A stretch of 60,433 nt of DNA, counting the filler, from Platydemus manokwari (taxonomy: Eukaryota): assembly GCA_037951405.1 (NCBI GenBank). It is 6 parts of 6 records of this genome, joined end to end, with 100 filler letters (N's around TTAATTAATTAA, not from the genome) between each part and the next. Parts side by side here need not be neighbours in the genome. Positions count along the whole stretch, not along the records: positions 11,498 to 20,320 come from JBBMOY011344093.1; positions 20,421 to 30,591 come from JBBMOY011161769.1; 4 more parts are not named here. One strand, 5' to 3'. The notes beneath the pieces are model-generated. The model was not told the DNA's origin. It searched no databases and saw only the letters and a program-made list of their open reading frames with translations. Of this stretch, positions 14,244-27,572 are shown piece after piece. Position numbers and translations under genes: made by a program. How positions within the stretch are numbered: the stretch's first letter is position 1; the number at the start of each line of letters is the position of its first letter.

Positions 14244-16436
14244 ATGGTAACTTTTTTTCTTATATTATATTTCATATTATAATGTTTATACAACAGGATA
14301 ATTTTAGTCGTAAACGTAGTAAACCGGAAGATTGGGAGGATATAGAACCTTCCAAAGTAATTCACATTAGAGAGTTGGCGGAACATACTCTTGAAATCGA
14401 TGTTGCGCGAGCAATGGAGAAGTTTGGTCCAATTCGAGATATTGCTATGATTCCAAAAAGACGGCAGGCATTAGTTGAATTTGAAAATCTTGGTTCAGCT
14501 CAAGATGTCGTGAAAAAGTTTGGTACAATTGTTAAGACGTCGATCATTTTTGGTATTTAGATTTCGAAACGATACTATATACATAGCGAATAGGCCAGCA
14601 AAGATTAATTTTAGTACATCCGAACACGTTCTTAAGCGAAGTGGACCGCAAAATGAAGCGGTTTCAAGTTCTAATAAAGTGTTGATATTTTTTATTTATG
14701 ATGCAGTTTATCCGATAAATGTCGATGTAATAAATAAAATATGTAAGCCACATGGTCGAGTTGTTCGTATATTTATCAACCGAAAAGCCGCAGTTATGCA
14801 GGTAATCTTTAAATTTTTTATAGATATGAATGTTGTTAATGATCTTCACTAATTAATACTCTAATTAGAGTTTAAAATCATTAATCTATTTTGATTATAC
14901 CTCAAAATTATTTAGTGTAAAATAAGAAAAATGTGAATATTTTGTTTCTTCTGATATGTGTAGTCTTCATAAATAAACACCGAATTTAATTTCTGTAAAC
15001 TATTTGTATATTAATCGCTTTTTGATATTTTGGTTTTTATGATTTGTATATTTATATTAAATATTTTGAAATCCGACAGAAGGACTCTTTTGAATGTAAT
15101 TATTTTACATTAATTGCGTTATATTCACTGAGAAGCAAATGATAAATGACACTTATAAAAAATTAATTAATATCAAAAAATAATGCTTTTCGTCATTATA
15201 AGAGTATTAAACATAAATGTTGACACAATTTGAATGAAATATATTGATATTTATTTATTAAAGGCACTCGTGGAGTTTTATTCAGTTGAGGACGCAATTA
15301 GAGTTAAACGAAATTTAAATGGGGCAGATATTTATTCTGGTTGTTGCACACTCAAAATTGAATATGCTACAACTAATCGTGTAAATGTTTTACAAAATTC
15401 TGAAGATAGCGTTGATTACGAATCACCAAATATGGGTATGAGAACATCTCATTCGCTGTTGGGGCTTCCAAACAATGATATACCTCAGAGAGGTGCAATG
15501 ATGGGAAGACAGTATGAGTCGTCTGGACGAAGAGATGGTTCATTTAATGGTTCATTTGGTAATAATAGAGATGCTGCTTATTTTGATGAGCCTCGAGAAA
15601 GCAATCGAAGAATGGCTCCTTTGAGTAATTCCGTTAATCATTCCATGGGTTATGAAGATGATTATGGTCATGAGTCGGACATGCATTTTAATGGTGGTGG
15701 CCCACGAGTAGCTATGATCTATGGACTTAATTTAGAATCTGTTAATTGCGATAATCTTTTTAATTTGTTATGTATTTATGGCAACGTAATCAAGATAAAA
15801 TTTTTGAAAAGTAAAGAAGGTTCAGCTATGGTACAAATGGGCGATGGTGCTTCAATCGAGCGCATGATGCATTTACTACACAATCAAGTCTTATTCGGAA
15901 AGACATTGCAATTTCAAATATCAAAACAACCTGTTATAATAGACGTGCCTACTCCTTATAAGTTACCAGATGGGTCTGAATCTTTCAAAGATTATACAAA
16001 TTGTCGAGAAAATCGATTCGTAACTCCAGAATTAGCCGGTAAAAATCGTGTTTTCCCCCCATCAAAAACTATCAATTATTGGAATGCGCCTCCTAATTTT
16101 GGTCTTGAGATGATTCAAGAGGAATTTAAAAAATATAATGCTATCGAGCCTCCAGAATTCTTTCAATTGACCAATCGAGATAAATCATCATCAGGGTTGT
16201 TGCAATGGAATTCAGTTGAAGAAGCTACTAATGCCATTGCCCTTTGTAATCATATAATGATTAATAGCGATGGAGCTAAATTCCCATATCAATTAAAATT
16301 AAGTTTTTCCGAAAGTCCTATTAGACATGGACCTCCACGAGTTAAAGAAGAAACTAACGAGAATTTTACTTTTCATCGTAAACCTAGAGAAAGAATGCCG
16401 TATAGTAGTATTCCTAGTAAGCGTGGAAGATTTTAG
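14244..16436 (+). CDS. HNRNPL: hnRNP L-like RRM protein
   Basis: PSKVIHIREL, KRRQALVEFE, LNGADIYSGCCTLKIEYA, NLLCIYGNVIKIKFLKSKEGSAMVQMGD, SSSGLLQW, LKLSFS. Inferred exons: 14244-14246 (ATG only, tentative), 14297-14517, 14561-14801, 15263-16436. Confidence 0.92.
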
Positions 16437-18392
16437 GTGAGTCCCAGTAATAACATAATTTGTTCATTGATAAATCTTATTTTGTCTAATGTTTAATAGA
16501 AATTATAAACTGTTTTAAACAACCTTAAAATGAAAAATACATTTATAGGCAGATTAATTATCAATTATTGGTGTAATTATTGAATATCGCTTATAAAATA
16601 ATGATTATAAAATAATAATTTGATTTAAAAATCACATTGAAGATATGATTGTTTAATTTTATAACCATTAGACAAAATAAGGGTTATCAATGTTCATTTA
16701 GGTATTTATAAAATATACAACAAGAACATATATGAACACAAAAAATAAAGTTTTTCAATTTTAGACACACGAGTCAGAAACACATGCTGGAACATATTGG
16801 CATTGCAAATACATCAGTAACATTATAAATGTTTCGTCATTCACACGTTTGTTATTCGTACAAATATAAAGTTGCATTTTTAATTTTTTGCATGATGCAA
16901 TTTAAAATAATTAATATGCATTTATAAATACAAACATGCCAATAGTTTTACATTACAATTGTCGAATTGCATTTCTTTCTAAAAAATTTTATATTATCAA
17001 TGTTTATCTTTATGTCTCGGGTTTTGATATGAGAATTAGTACGAAATAGAGATTGTTTACGTTTAACTTTATTTAGCATATATATATATATTTCTGGAAT
17101 TTAATGTATTGAATATTCGAAAGTTTCACATGAAATCAAGCTTGTCGAATTCATTCATTAGAGTTTGTTAATTGAATGAAATTATGAACAAAAATCGATT
17201 TTTACAATACATTGGTAGTGTGCTACTATAATATTGAGATCTTGTGATTATACATGTCCATTAGTTTTAAGATAATTTACAATTTATCAAGATGAATTTT
17301 TTGTTTTTTATATAACTCAATTTTCTGAAAAAGGTAAAAGTGTTTTTAATCATTTTTATAGAATCGTAGTCGTTATTATTTAAAATTTATTGGAATATTT
17401 GTTTAATGAATAGCTAACAATTTATTGTTGGATTTTTGTTTAAGTTTTAAATAAGTTATTATTGTTGTGACGAATTGTTGTAAAACTTTGGTTTGTAATC
17501 ACAAAATTTAGGAATTTTATTATCTTTTTACTATTTCTGGTAAGAAATCTTAAAACTGAAAATGTTTTACTTCAGCCAGTGATTCTCTTTCCAGAATATA
17601 TTCTTAAATGCCAGTTGATTCAAATCAGGATATAACATTTCATTACCGATTGAAATGTAATCATTTAATGATGTGCACTTCATGCATTTAAATTAATGTA
17701 CCTAATAAAATTCTTTATTCATGTAATGCGGATATTCGTAAGTTGCAGTATACGATTTCTAGCCAGGTAAACTCGGAAAGCTAATGGAAATTATTTGTTT
17801 TAGAAGAATTCCATCTGATCTAAATTATACTTTCGAATTAATTTTAATGATAATTAATTACTGATTGTTACTGTTATCATTGTTATGTTAATAAATTCTT
17901 GGTTAACATAATTTATGTTAGTTTAAACTTTATAAGTTAAATAATTGGTCAAATAAAACTTTTTGTCTTTTATTTGGATCGAATTTTATTTTAATGATTT
18001 ACGATTTAATTATGTATTGTATAATTTATGACAATTGTTTTTCATTTACTGTTAACCAAATGGAAAGTTATAACTCACTAGCAATTTGTCATTAGGTTTG
18101 CACACCGAAGCCATATGATTCAACCAAGTATTTTTAGGTTAAGATTTATGTTAAATAAAAATTTTTCATTAGATTAATAAGTTAGGTAAAGGGATTCCAT
18201 AATAAAATTTTAAATTTGTTGAACGTATTGCTAAAATCTAAATAGTTTAATTATAATTGGATTTAATTTGACCGATAATTTGAACTTCCAATTGAGGACT
18301 GAGACATGGTTTAATTGTTTGGACTTCCCAGGTAACACGCATTTGTGCTATTTGCTCATATGATACTATTTTTAGAATCTTCAATGTTATTT

Positions 18393-18624
18393 GTGCCCTT
18401 GATTATGAAAGTGGTATAAGTCATATATTTCTTTGGAGATATTAAGGGATTTGCATGTTAAAGAATTAAAAAATCTTTGTGCATTATGGAATGAAATATT
18501 TGACAATTAATTAGCGCCGGTAAATCAGCATTTAATATGAATGTGAAATTTATTACCATTTTTAAATGGAAATTTAGTTTTGAAAGGTTGAAATGACTTA
18601 TACCACTTTCGTAATCAAGGGCTC
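18393..18624. mobile_element. 232-bp MITE with ~32-bp terminal inverted repeats and a 4-bp ATTT target duplication (Sola-like)
   Basis: attt|GTGCCCTTGATTATGAAAGTGGTATAAGTCAT ... ATGACTTATACCACTTTCGTAATCAAGGGCTC|attt. Confidence 0.85.
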
Positions 18625-19329
18625 ATTTACTCTATTTTTTATATTGGTATTTGATTCTAACTTGGCTAACTTATCTTTATCATTATCATTTACTATTTTT
18701 ACTTTTTTTCTGTTTGGATAAGTTAATAAGATAACCTTGTTGGATAAGTTTTAATATTTTGATGTGTGTCAAGAATTAAAACTTAATGTAATAAATGAAA
18801 ATTTTCTTTTTCAATGGATGATTTTTGTATTACACTAAATAAATTAAAAAATTTATTTTATTATTTCTTCTCTTAACCTTAACCACGATAACCATATTTT
18901 AATATTTAATTGGATTGTACTTCTCCTGTGGATTTTAGTATAGTATTAAGATTAATATTAGAAATAGTTGAATTTATCAATTAATCTCAAAATCGGCACT
19001 CTTAATAAATTATTGTGAATTTTGTATTCAAACAAAATGTTTTAAAGTATATTTCAGTTGTCATATGTATACGATTCACTTTTATGCTATTATAGCTTGA
19101 AATATCATCAAGCTTGAATTATTAATACTGAATATAACGTTATATGAAATCTATTTGAAATACCGGAATATTTTATGAGCTTGATAGTTAGTAATGCAGG
19201 GCGTTTACTAGGATTTATATAGAAGATTGTTTAATCCAAAAAATCAAAATTTTCGAAAAATTGAAAATTTCGCAAATGAAAAAGATTTGGAACGCCAACT
19301 GATAGAAGATCTTATGTCAGTGCTTGAAA

Positions 19330-20320
19330 GTCACTGATATGGCCAAAAACATTGAATCTCCAGGGACAATAGACAAAACCAAAAATCCAGATCCAGATCT
19401 CAACACGGACGTATGCCGAAATAGTAGGTAAACAAAAAGATTATGAAGCTTCCAAAAACAACAACAAAGAGAATCCAAAATCTATATTTATCGACGATGA
19501 AGGCTTCCAACTTGTTCGAAATAAAAAACAAAGACGAAGAAACTACCACCATGGGCAACAAAACCATAGGAATGATATAAGAACCGATGATATGAAGATA
19601 TAAAGATAACAATTCAAAATAAACACAAAAAATGCCGAGGAGAATTGAAATCCTGAACAAATCTTTATCAATGAATCTAGATAAAGCGAGAAACGTAATA
19701 AGTATAGATATTGATTGCAATAAATGGGAACACTCAATACTAAATATGAAAAAGTTGAAACAACCTATCGTCAATAACCATGGAGAAAAGAAAACTAAAA
19801 AACAAATCTCCAACTACTTACCACGGAAAGAATGTTGATAATACTATGGAGGTTGACCTCTATAAAGAAACTCATCAACCTGTAATGATCTCTCCATTCA
19901 AAAAATTGTCAAAATCCAAGTGAATGCCAATACTCAAACAACGATAAAACAACCTCAACCGAGAGAAACTACAACGAAAAAGAGACAGCTGACGATCCCA
20001 CCCTTCGCCAGCCCGAGTCAAGAATTAATTTCATCTACTCCAAGAAAGGTCCCAAGACCTGATATCTTAACAGAAGAATGCAAAAATGATTGATGGGGTT
20101 GCACTGAGGGAGATTCCGGTTCCTTTAGTTATGACTCCTCAGTGCCTGATAATTCGCTTTGGTTTACCGGAGATCAAATTGATGCATATATTAAATCGAT
20201 TCCTAAAAATCTGAAGATCATATATATCGATTCGTACAACACAGAAGCGATTTTGCAATACAATAAGAAACCAGGTGATCTCTCAATTTTGTACAACATT
20301 CCACAATTGGCAAGTACAAT
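19330..20320 (+). mobile_element. 5' part of a probable NeSL-type non-LTR retrotransposon ORF leading into a Ulp1-like protease start, cut by the contig end
   Basis: A-rich, intronless broken frames (TRTYAEIVGK; Pro/Ser-rich linker), then LWFTGDQIDAYIKSI...IIYIDSY, resembling the peptidase C48 'WL.D..I.AY' start. Confidence 0.5.
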
Positions 20321-20420
20321 NNNNNNNNNNNNNNNNNNNNNNNNNNNNNNNNNNNNNNNNNNNNTTAATTAATTAANNNNNNNNNNNNNNNNNNNNNNNN
20401 NNNNNNNNNNNNNNNNNNNN

Positions 20421-20492
20421 TTAACATGCAAATCCCTTAATATCTCCAAACAAGAAATATATGACTTATACCACTTTCATAATCAAGGGCAC
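20421..20492 (-). mobile_element. Partial second copy of the Sola-like MITE
   Basis: Near-exact reverse complement of 18393-18460, on a different contig. Confidence 0.85.
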
Positions 20493-23122
20493 ACTTATAA
20501 ATTATTGTAAAACAACTAAAGAAAATCGGGTTAAGCGAAAAACAGATAAATTAATTACAGTATTAATATTATTTGAAAAAATTAATTGTAATAATTTAAA
20601 TACAAGATCTTCAAATAAGACAAAAGATCATTACTATTGATAAATTCAGAGAAATTATTTATAAATCAATATCAAATAATATTAATTTGTTTAAATAATT
20701 GTACTTGAATAGATAATTTTCCGTCATGACCTTTTTAGTTCGTTTTCAATGCTCACTTTATAAAACAGTATCATCTTACAATGATAAAGTCAGTTTCAAC
20801 TTAAAATCCCATGTGATCGCATTTTATAATACATTTGAATTAATATTTTCAATTCCATAACATATGATTATAAGTAATTGTATATATATACTCTTTTATA
20901 TCGCAAAATATTACTATTAGCAGTTGTAATAAGTTATAAACCTGAAAAACTTCGAATCAAGTTAAAATTTTTCACCGTGAAAGTAAGATCAAAGTAAACA
21001 CTTATTTAATGCTTGCGAACTGAACTACGCATTCTAAACTGGATAATAGAAATAACATTAACTTAAATATAAAACATATTCATGACCAAATTATCTGAAG
21101 GGTGCGGGAATGTGGACAATATAAATGTTTGAGTGACATTAAATATATCTAACATGGACATTACATAATAATTATGATTTAATAATCAACTCGAGACCCC
21201 CACACCAAGTTGTAAAGCTTTCAAAAGGTATTACTGAATAAAAAATTTTCGACCGGATACAGCAAACACGTTGCTATGTAGATTTCAGCAAGGAGAACAT
21301 GTTAAACAACAACTAATCATTTTTGAATGAAATCAAGATCAATTATGGAACAGATGAGCACCTCAATCAACAGATTTCCCTTATCAACATATTTCAGATG
21401 ATGTCCATTTATTTTTTAAAAGATTTAGTGGTTAGCGAATTATCATTCACAACTATCAGTAAAAAATAAAAATTCTTGAATAACAAAATCTTGTTTGTTA
21501 AAAATAACATTGCAAATAATAATAGGCTCATATGGTAAAATATTAAAATCTCAAAGATATCTCCAAACGGAGCAATGCAGAAACAACTGTATATCAACAA
21601 TAAGACAACAAGCAAATCCGATAAAAAGATAAAAAATGCCTATTAATTTATAATACTAAAAATATAGTGGGCCAGTGAAGATTGAAACACTTTATATCAC
21701 TTTAATATAACATCTTTCTGGAGAACGACCAAACCAACCATGTTTCTTTCAACTCACTGAAAGGCAAACAAACAAACAACAAAATACATTAAAATACACA
21801 ACCACCTAACGAATAAAACAAAACAGTCATAATTGAGATGACACCAGAAAATATTTCCACTACATGGAAAACATAATCTATTATCAATGAATAAAAATAT
21901 CGCGTTATGTTTTGAAAATATAATCTGTCACAGCACTTGAAACATTTGTCAAAAACTAACTCCTTGAAAATCTTACTACACAAAAGATTCAACCAATTTT
22001 ATCGTCGGATATGTCACTCGATGGCAACAATCCCAGATAATTAATTACCGATATTATTAAAATCTTCTAATGTGAAAAATTGGTTAATGGCTATATTAGT
22101 TTTAGCAAAGCTAAGAAAATGAGAAGCGCAAAATCATCACAAAGAAATCGTTTGACATAATTTTTTGGGTACTATATCTGTAGAAAATGATATCGTGGAT
22201 ATTATGCCAAGACATATCACAATATATAACTGTTCCAAACCAATACTAACCACCATCTAATCAATTGCTTATTTACTACAATATCCAGCAGTCCATCTAT
22301 ACATAGTTAAGGAACGAGTTTCAAGATGTTAGATTTATTTCTGAAAATGTTGTAAACTATTACTCATCTCTAGATATCTATTAAAAAAATAAAACGTATA
22401 AAATATTATAAAAATAAAGGAGTCAAGCTTACAAAAGCTATTAATGCAATAAAGCATGATGTCTATATCCAAGTTAGAACAGAATCCGTGATCATCTACA
22501 AACAAAATCCATTCGGTTACTTAGTTTGGGGGTCAAAATAATGGAGTTAATAGGCGGTAGTGTGAATATTACTATCCATAATAATATCTTTATTAATAAC
22601 AGAAATTAGCTGAATTAAATTCAATAGAAAATATTATGACATATCTCACTTCAACTTTATCATAATTACTGATAAATTATCACTAAATTTATACTCAGAT
22701 AGTAGCAATTGATATAATTATAAATTGATTTTAATAATTATATTATTCATAATTATTTTCTCAAGATAACAACAAGGTATCATCAAGTCTCTCATTATGC
22801 CAACAGTCAACATACATCCAACTCAGTATAAAACATAAATCCAGAAATTGTTCATACATGAAACTAGACGAGCAAAAGAAATTCCCTGATTCTAGTTAAG
22901 ACGATTTATCAATGTGTTTTGTTTGTATTACTTTCATATTACTCATTAATATCAATTTGTTATCGAGAAATTATTAACTTAACGCTGACAAATATTTTTC
23001 ATATATATTCAATTAGTATTGCAATTGTGATGGATATATCATAAAATAGAATTACAACAAGTGCTCAATCCCAAATGGTGAGTCATTATATAATATATAT
23101 TTATCATGGATTTCAATCAATT

Positions 23123-23530
23123 TCAATCCTCTACTCGTGAATAAATATGAAAATTTGGAGAAAATTGAGTTTCGGATTATAACGAGTTTCCGCATCCCGA
23201 ATAGTCAATTTCTCAGGAAAAAATTTATTAAAAATAAAAAACGGGAAAAAATAGAAAAACACGGAAAAGCCGGTGGAAGCAAGAGGGAAATCGTTTTCCA
23301 TTGCATGTTTCCGAATATTCCACTGACTCAATCCTCTACTCGTGAGTAAATATGAGAATTTGAAGAAAATTGAATTTTGGATTATCACAAGTTTCCGCAT
23401 CCAGAATAGTCAATTTCTCAAGAGAAAAATTTATTAAAAATAAAAAATTAAAAAAAAACAGAAAAAACCGGTGGGAGCAAGAGGGATGCGGGTTTCCAGT
23501 ACATGTTTCCAAATCTCTCACTGACTCAAT
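23123..23530. repeat. Two diverged tandem copies of a ~205-bp unit
   Basis: tcaatcctctactcgtga starts at both 23123 and 23328; the units are colinear and end in cactgactcaat. Confidence 0.9.
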
Positions 23531-23880
23531 TAGAAAATAGAAACATCTGATACAGACTCATGAATATGTTAAAATATCAATTGAATGTATACAAGATATC
23601 CAGATGAATCAAATTAATTCAGGATAAAATAACTTTTAAATCTTTAAATAAAGAAAGTACTGCAAAGTACTGAAAGTATATCCATGGATAATCTTGATTA
23701 TTATTTAATCGGCCCGCAAATGTCGAAATAATAAATGAAAAACATAACGGTAAAAGACACCTCATATGTGAAACAATAATTTCATTAGCGGTGATCATTG
23801 ATTGGTCAGTTATGATTTTCAAGGTCACGGCATAAATGTCGTCGCATTATCGATTGATTCAATATTAATTACAAATGATA

Positions 23881-25037
23881 TTAAGTTGCGACAGTTATAA
23901 TGGATTGAAACAACTAAAACAAATTATCGATTTGTAAAAATGGAATTTACTGCCAGCATTTCGTATTCCTCGTCACATGTTACGAACCTATCTTTGCAGC
24001 CATGTACTAATAAAGTGGGAATGATGATTCGACTGTGAAATTGTTCATCACCTTCATCCCATATTTGACCGAACATAACGGCTCTCAATGTACTGCTGTT
24101 GATATTCATTGCTGCCAATGTGTCTTGCTTTGTGATCTTGGATAAAGTAGCTTTGTTAAACGCCCTCCTAAACCACATAAACCGAATCAATCGAAAGAGA
24201 TATTTCTATTTCATAAAACCTTCTGAATTCGTGAATAATTAAATGGTGCATGCAACTCAGAAAACAACTGCACATATAAAACAACCACGGCGGAGATCCT
24301 AGGGGTGTTGGACTTCCTCCACTGATAAGAACTAATCGTGTAATGCGATTCATTCTTTCATGAGCTAAATATGTTGCAATGGAGCATCTGAAACATTATA
24401 CAAACATAAAAATATTATGATTTTTGATAGAAAAATTTTCCATTCAATAATTTAAATTGTAAAAATTTTGTAAATTAAAAAAAAGTAATTGTCAAAATTT
24501 AATTCTGTATTAATTGCGGAGCAATCTTTAAATCAAAAACATCTAGACAGTACAATAATTACGACTTACCCATAAGAATGACCGATAATCACATTTTGAT
24601 TGGCTGAAATAAATCTATCAAAAACATACAAAGCATCAATCACTAATTGCTGAAAATAATATTCTTTATCTAATTTTAATCGACCACTTTTACCATGGCC
24701 TAATAAATCGATAGATACAATTGTCCATAACTAAATATCAAAATTATATTATTTAATGTTGAATTATTCAATACTTTTAAAACAAAGTATTTAATTTGAT
24801 GCTTCCAAATATTTGTACATCCTCCAACTCCATGAATGAAGTACATGTTTCCGTTAAGTTTCTCTAATTCATTAGTTAAAGAAAATTAATTTCAATGAGA
24901 CAAATACCGAGTGGTTTTAAAATTGGCCTAAAAACATAAACAGCCACAACATGATTGTTAGGGACAAGAATTTCGTATAATTCCTTATTTATGTTATCAT
25001 AATAATCATCGTTAAAATCATTTATAGGTGTTATCAT
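23881..25037 (-). CDS. ABHD8: Alpha/beta hydrolase, ABHD8-like; 3' end uncertain
   Basis: Spliced exons give YFIHGVGGCTNIWKHQI, DLLGHGKS, VIIGHSYG|CSIA (nucleophile motif), LVLISGGSPTPL, GQIWDEGDE, PTLLVHGCKDRFV. Confidence 0.8.
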
Positions 25038-27572
25038 TAAACTTATTCAAAATATTCAAGAATAAATAATCAATTTTGATCACTTGTAATATAAGAAATA
25101 TAATATGCAAAATACTATCTTTTAAATATTAAGTTTATCAAATTTGACTACGAAAAACAAATAATTCAATTTAAATACTCAAGTGACCTTAGTGGAGAAA
25201 TAAAATAATTAAAACAAGCTATTTATGAATTTAAATTTTATTACGGTTCAAAAAACTCATTTAAATATATTTTCAAAAACTAAAGAATTATTTTTCACAA
25301 TTGATTTTATTTATTTGATGAAATTAACTCTGAGTCTATGTTGTGACTATTACTTTTACTAAAATATCGGGTTTTTCATAATTGAAAGCACGAAAAGTTA
25401 GCAAGTAGTATGCATTTTGTGTAGGTACATATTATAATATAATTAAATAAAATAATATAAAAATAATATAATAAGAATGAAAAATAAATAATGTTTTTAT
25501 ATAATATATTAAAAATCCTGGAACCCTTTAAGTCAAATGGTTGTTACACGAATTAGTTTCCACGATAGGATTTCAAATATGTGATTAATGGAATAAAAAT
25601 GTGCTTATACAATAGGTCGGTATCGAAGAAAAATTTTCATGACAAGAAATGTTAAATTACAAAATCCAAAAATTAAGTGACATCAATTCCAACGAACTAA
25701 GCTGATAGTTTGTTTTTCATTAAATTTAAAGAATTGAAAATAATACTCTAAATATGGTAAAAAACTTAAAATTGATTTTGGGACACAGGGAAATTTTAAA
25801 TAATTAGAAATTAGAAGAATGAGCCAAAATGTAGTTTAAAGATATATTCATAACCAAAAAATAAATTATAGGCATGAACGCGAAAATGACAAGAGTTCTA
25901 CAGAGTAAGCAATTGAAGCTGACAATTTTTAAAATTACTTTTTAAAATAGGTTTTAACAGGTATATATATAAATATAGGTTTTTATAGGCATATTTAACA
26001 ATTCTTGCTATTGTAATGATTTCATTGCGAGAAATGCAAAAAGAAAATGTTTGTGCATCGAATATTAATATCATTTATGACCTAATCTGAAAACTTGAAT
26101 TTATTATTGTAGCTGTTATTATTATTTAGTGTTATATTTTAATATTGAATATATTTTATAATCAAACTGTTTTGTTTTAATTCATTGTGTTAATAGTAAT
26201 GACGTTATTGAATTTAATTAAACTCAGTATCATCATCTTTTAGTGTAAAGCTTATCTGTTATATTTTAAAGTTAAAGATAGAGACTGATAAAGATTGTAA
26301 TCTCATTGAACTTGCTAATAAATAAAATGAATTAATTTACTAATTAAAGTAAAAAATCCATGTGAAAAACATTATCTTATTGTCCCCACTATTATTTAGG
26401 AGCAGAACGATCAAGGCAATTGAAGATAGTTAGTAATTTAGATTCAAATTGGTATCTTTGGGTCTAAATTATAACTACAGAGGTTTATTAGACAAAATAG
26501 TATTATAACAATAATAACAAAATTATTCGATATAAAACCATTTAAATTGAGCAAACAAACGACCTCCAAAAGCCACAAAATTTATGTTGAAGCAAGAACC
26601 AATTCAGAAATATATCTAATAAAAAGAGTGAAGACAACAAATGTGAAGATTATATCAGGAATATTAGTCAAGAGGTTGTTTATCAGAATATGAATGGTGT
26701 TCAAGAGATAAGTATTCTCAAGCAATCAAACCAAGTATAGAATAGATTATCGCTTGAAGTAACATATTGCCCTAAATAACTGGATTCAATTCTTTAATTA
26801 ATTCTCCCCGAAGCAAAGACTATACAAATAATTGTAGTTGTACATTCTTATACCTCTAAATATTATGGTTACTAAATCGAAGAAGCACTAGATTTGAAAT
26901 GTAATTGATTAATAAATAAGTACATTATTTCTACCTCGGAGGTGAATAAGTCTGATATGTTTCAACAAAAAAATACTATGTTAATTCATTTAAATATGCT
27001 CTAGCCTGTTATTTTTGAAAGGAAAAGAATATCATATCTTAGTAACAAAAGTTCATTTATTTTTCTAACATTTTAATTATTTACAATCTAAACACAATCT
27101 TAAATCATTTATTTCAAAACAATAGCCGACTTAGATTATCATTAGATAAGCATAAATTTCCATACAATGCTACTAATTATTCAGATTCTAGAATCTTGGC
27201 GTAATTCAAAGCAATTCTTTACATACTGACTCCATCACTTACAAATTTAATCGAGTTAAAATGATTCGAAATTTATATATACCAAGAATGGGAGATATGT
27301 TGTAGGAATCCAAGGAAAGATGATTCTAAATAATTTATGATAATATTCTCACAAAGTAAAGTACTTGCTCCTGAAAATCTAAATAATCCAGACATATTCG
27401 TAATGTTTATTAGTAATGACAGAAAGAGAAATGAATTCAATAATAAATGAAAAGAATGATACAGCATTTATGTGTTTATAATGCATATATAATGACATAA
27501 GACTCTTATTATTTCAATAGTTGATATTATGTACATCTCAGTAAAATCAAATGAGCAAAACACTAATTTGTT

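Noticed and set aside
19400-19813. 137-aa membrane-protein-like ORF on the minus strand
   Set aside because: Shadow of an A-rich plus-strand retroelement sequence.
21000-22560. Possible Penelope-like retroelement debris
   Set aside because: Only faint motif echoes; too degraded to support.
23123-23530. Repeat array considered as CRISPR-like
   Set aside because: Whole-unit tandem duplication without unique spacers, in a eukaryotic context.
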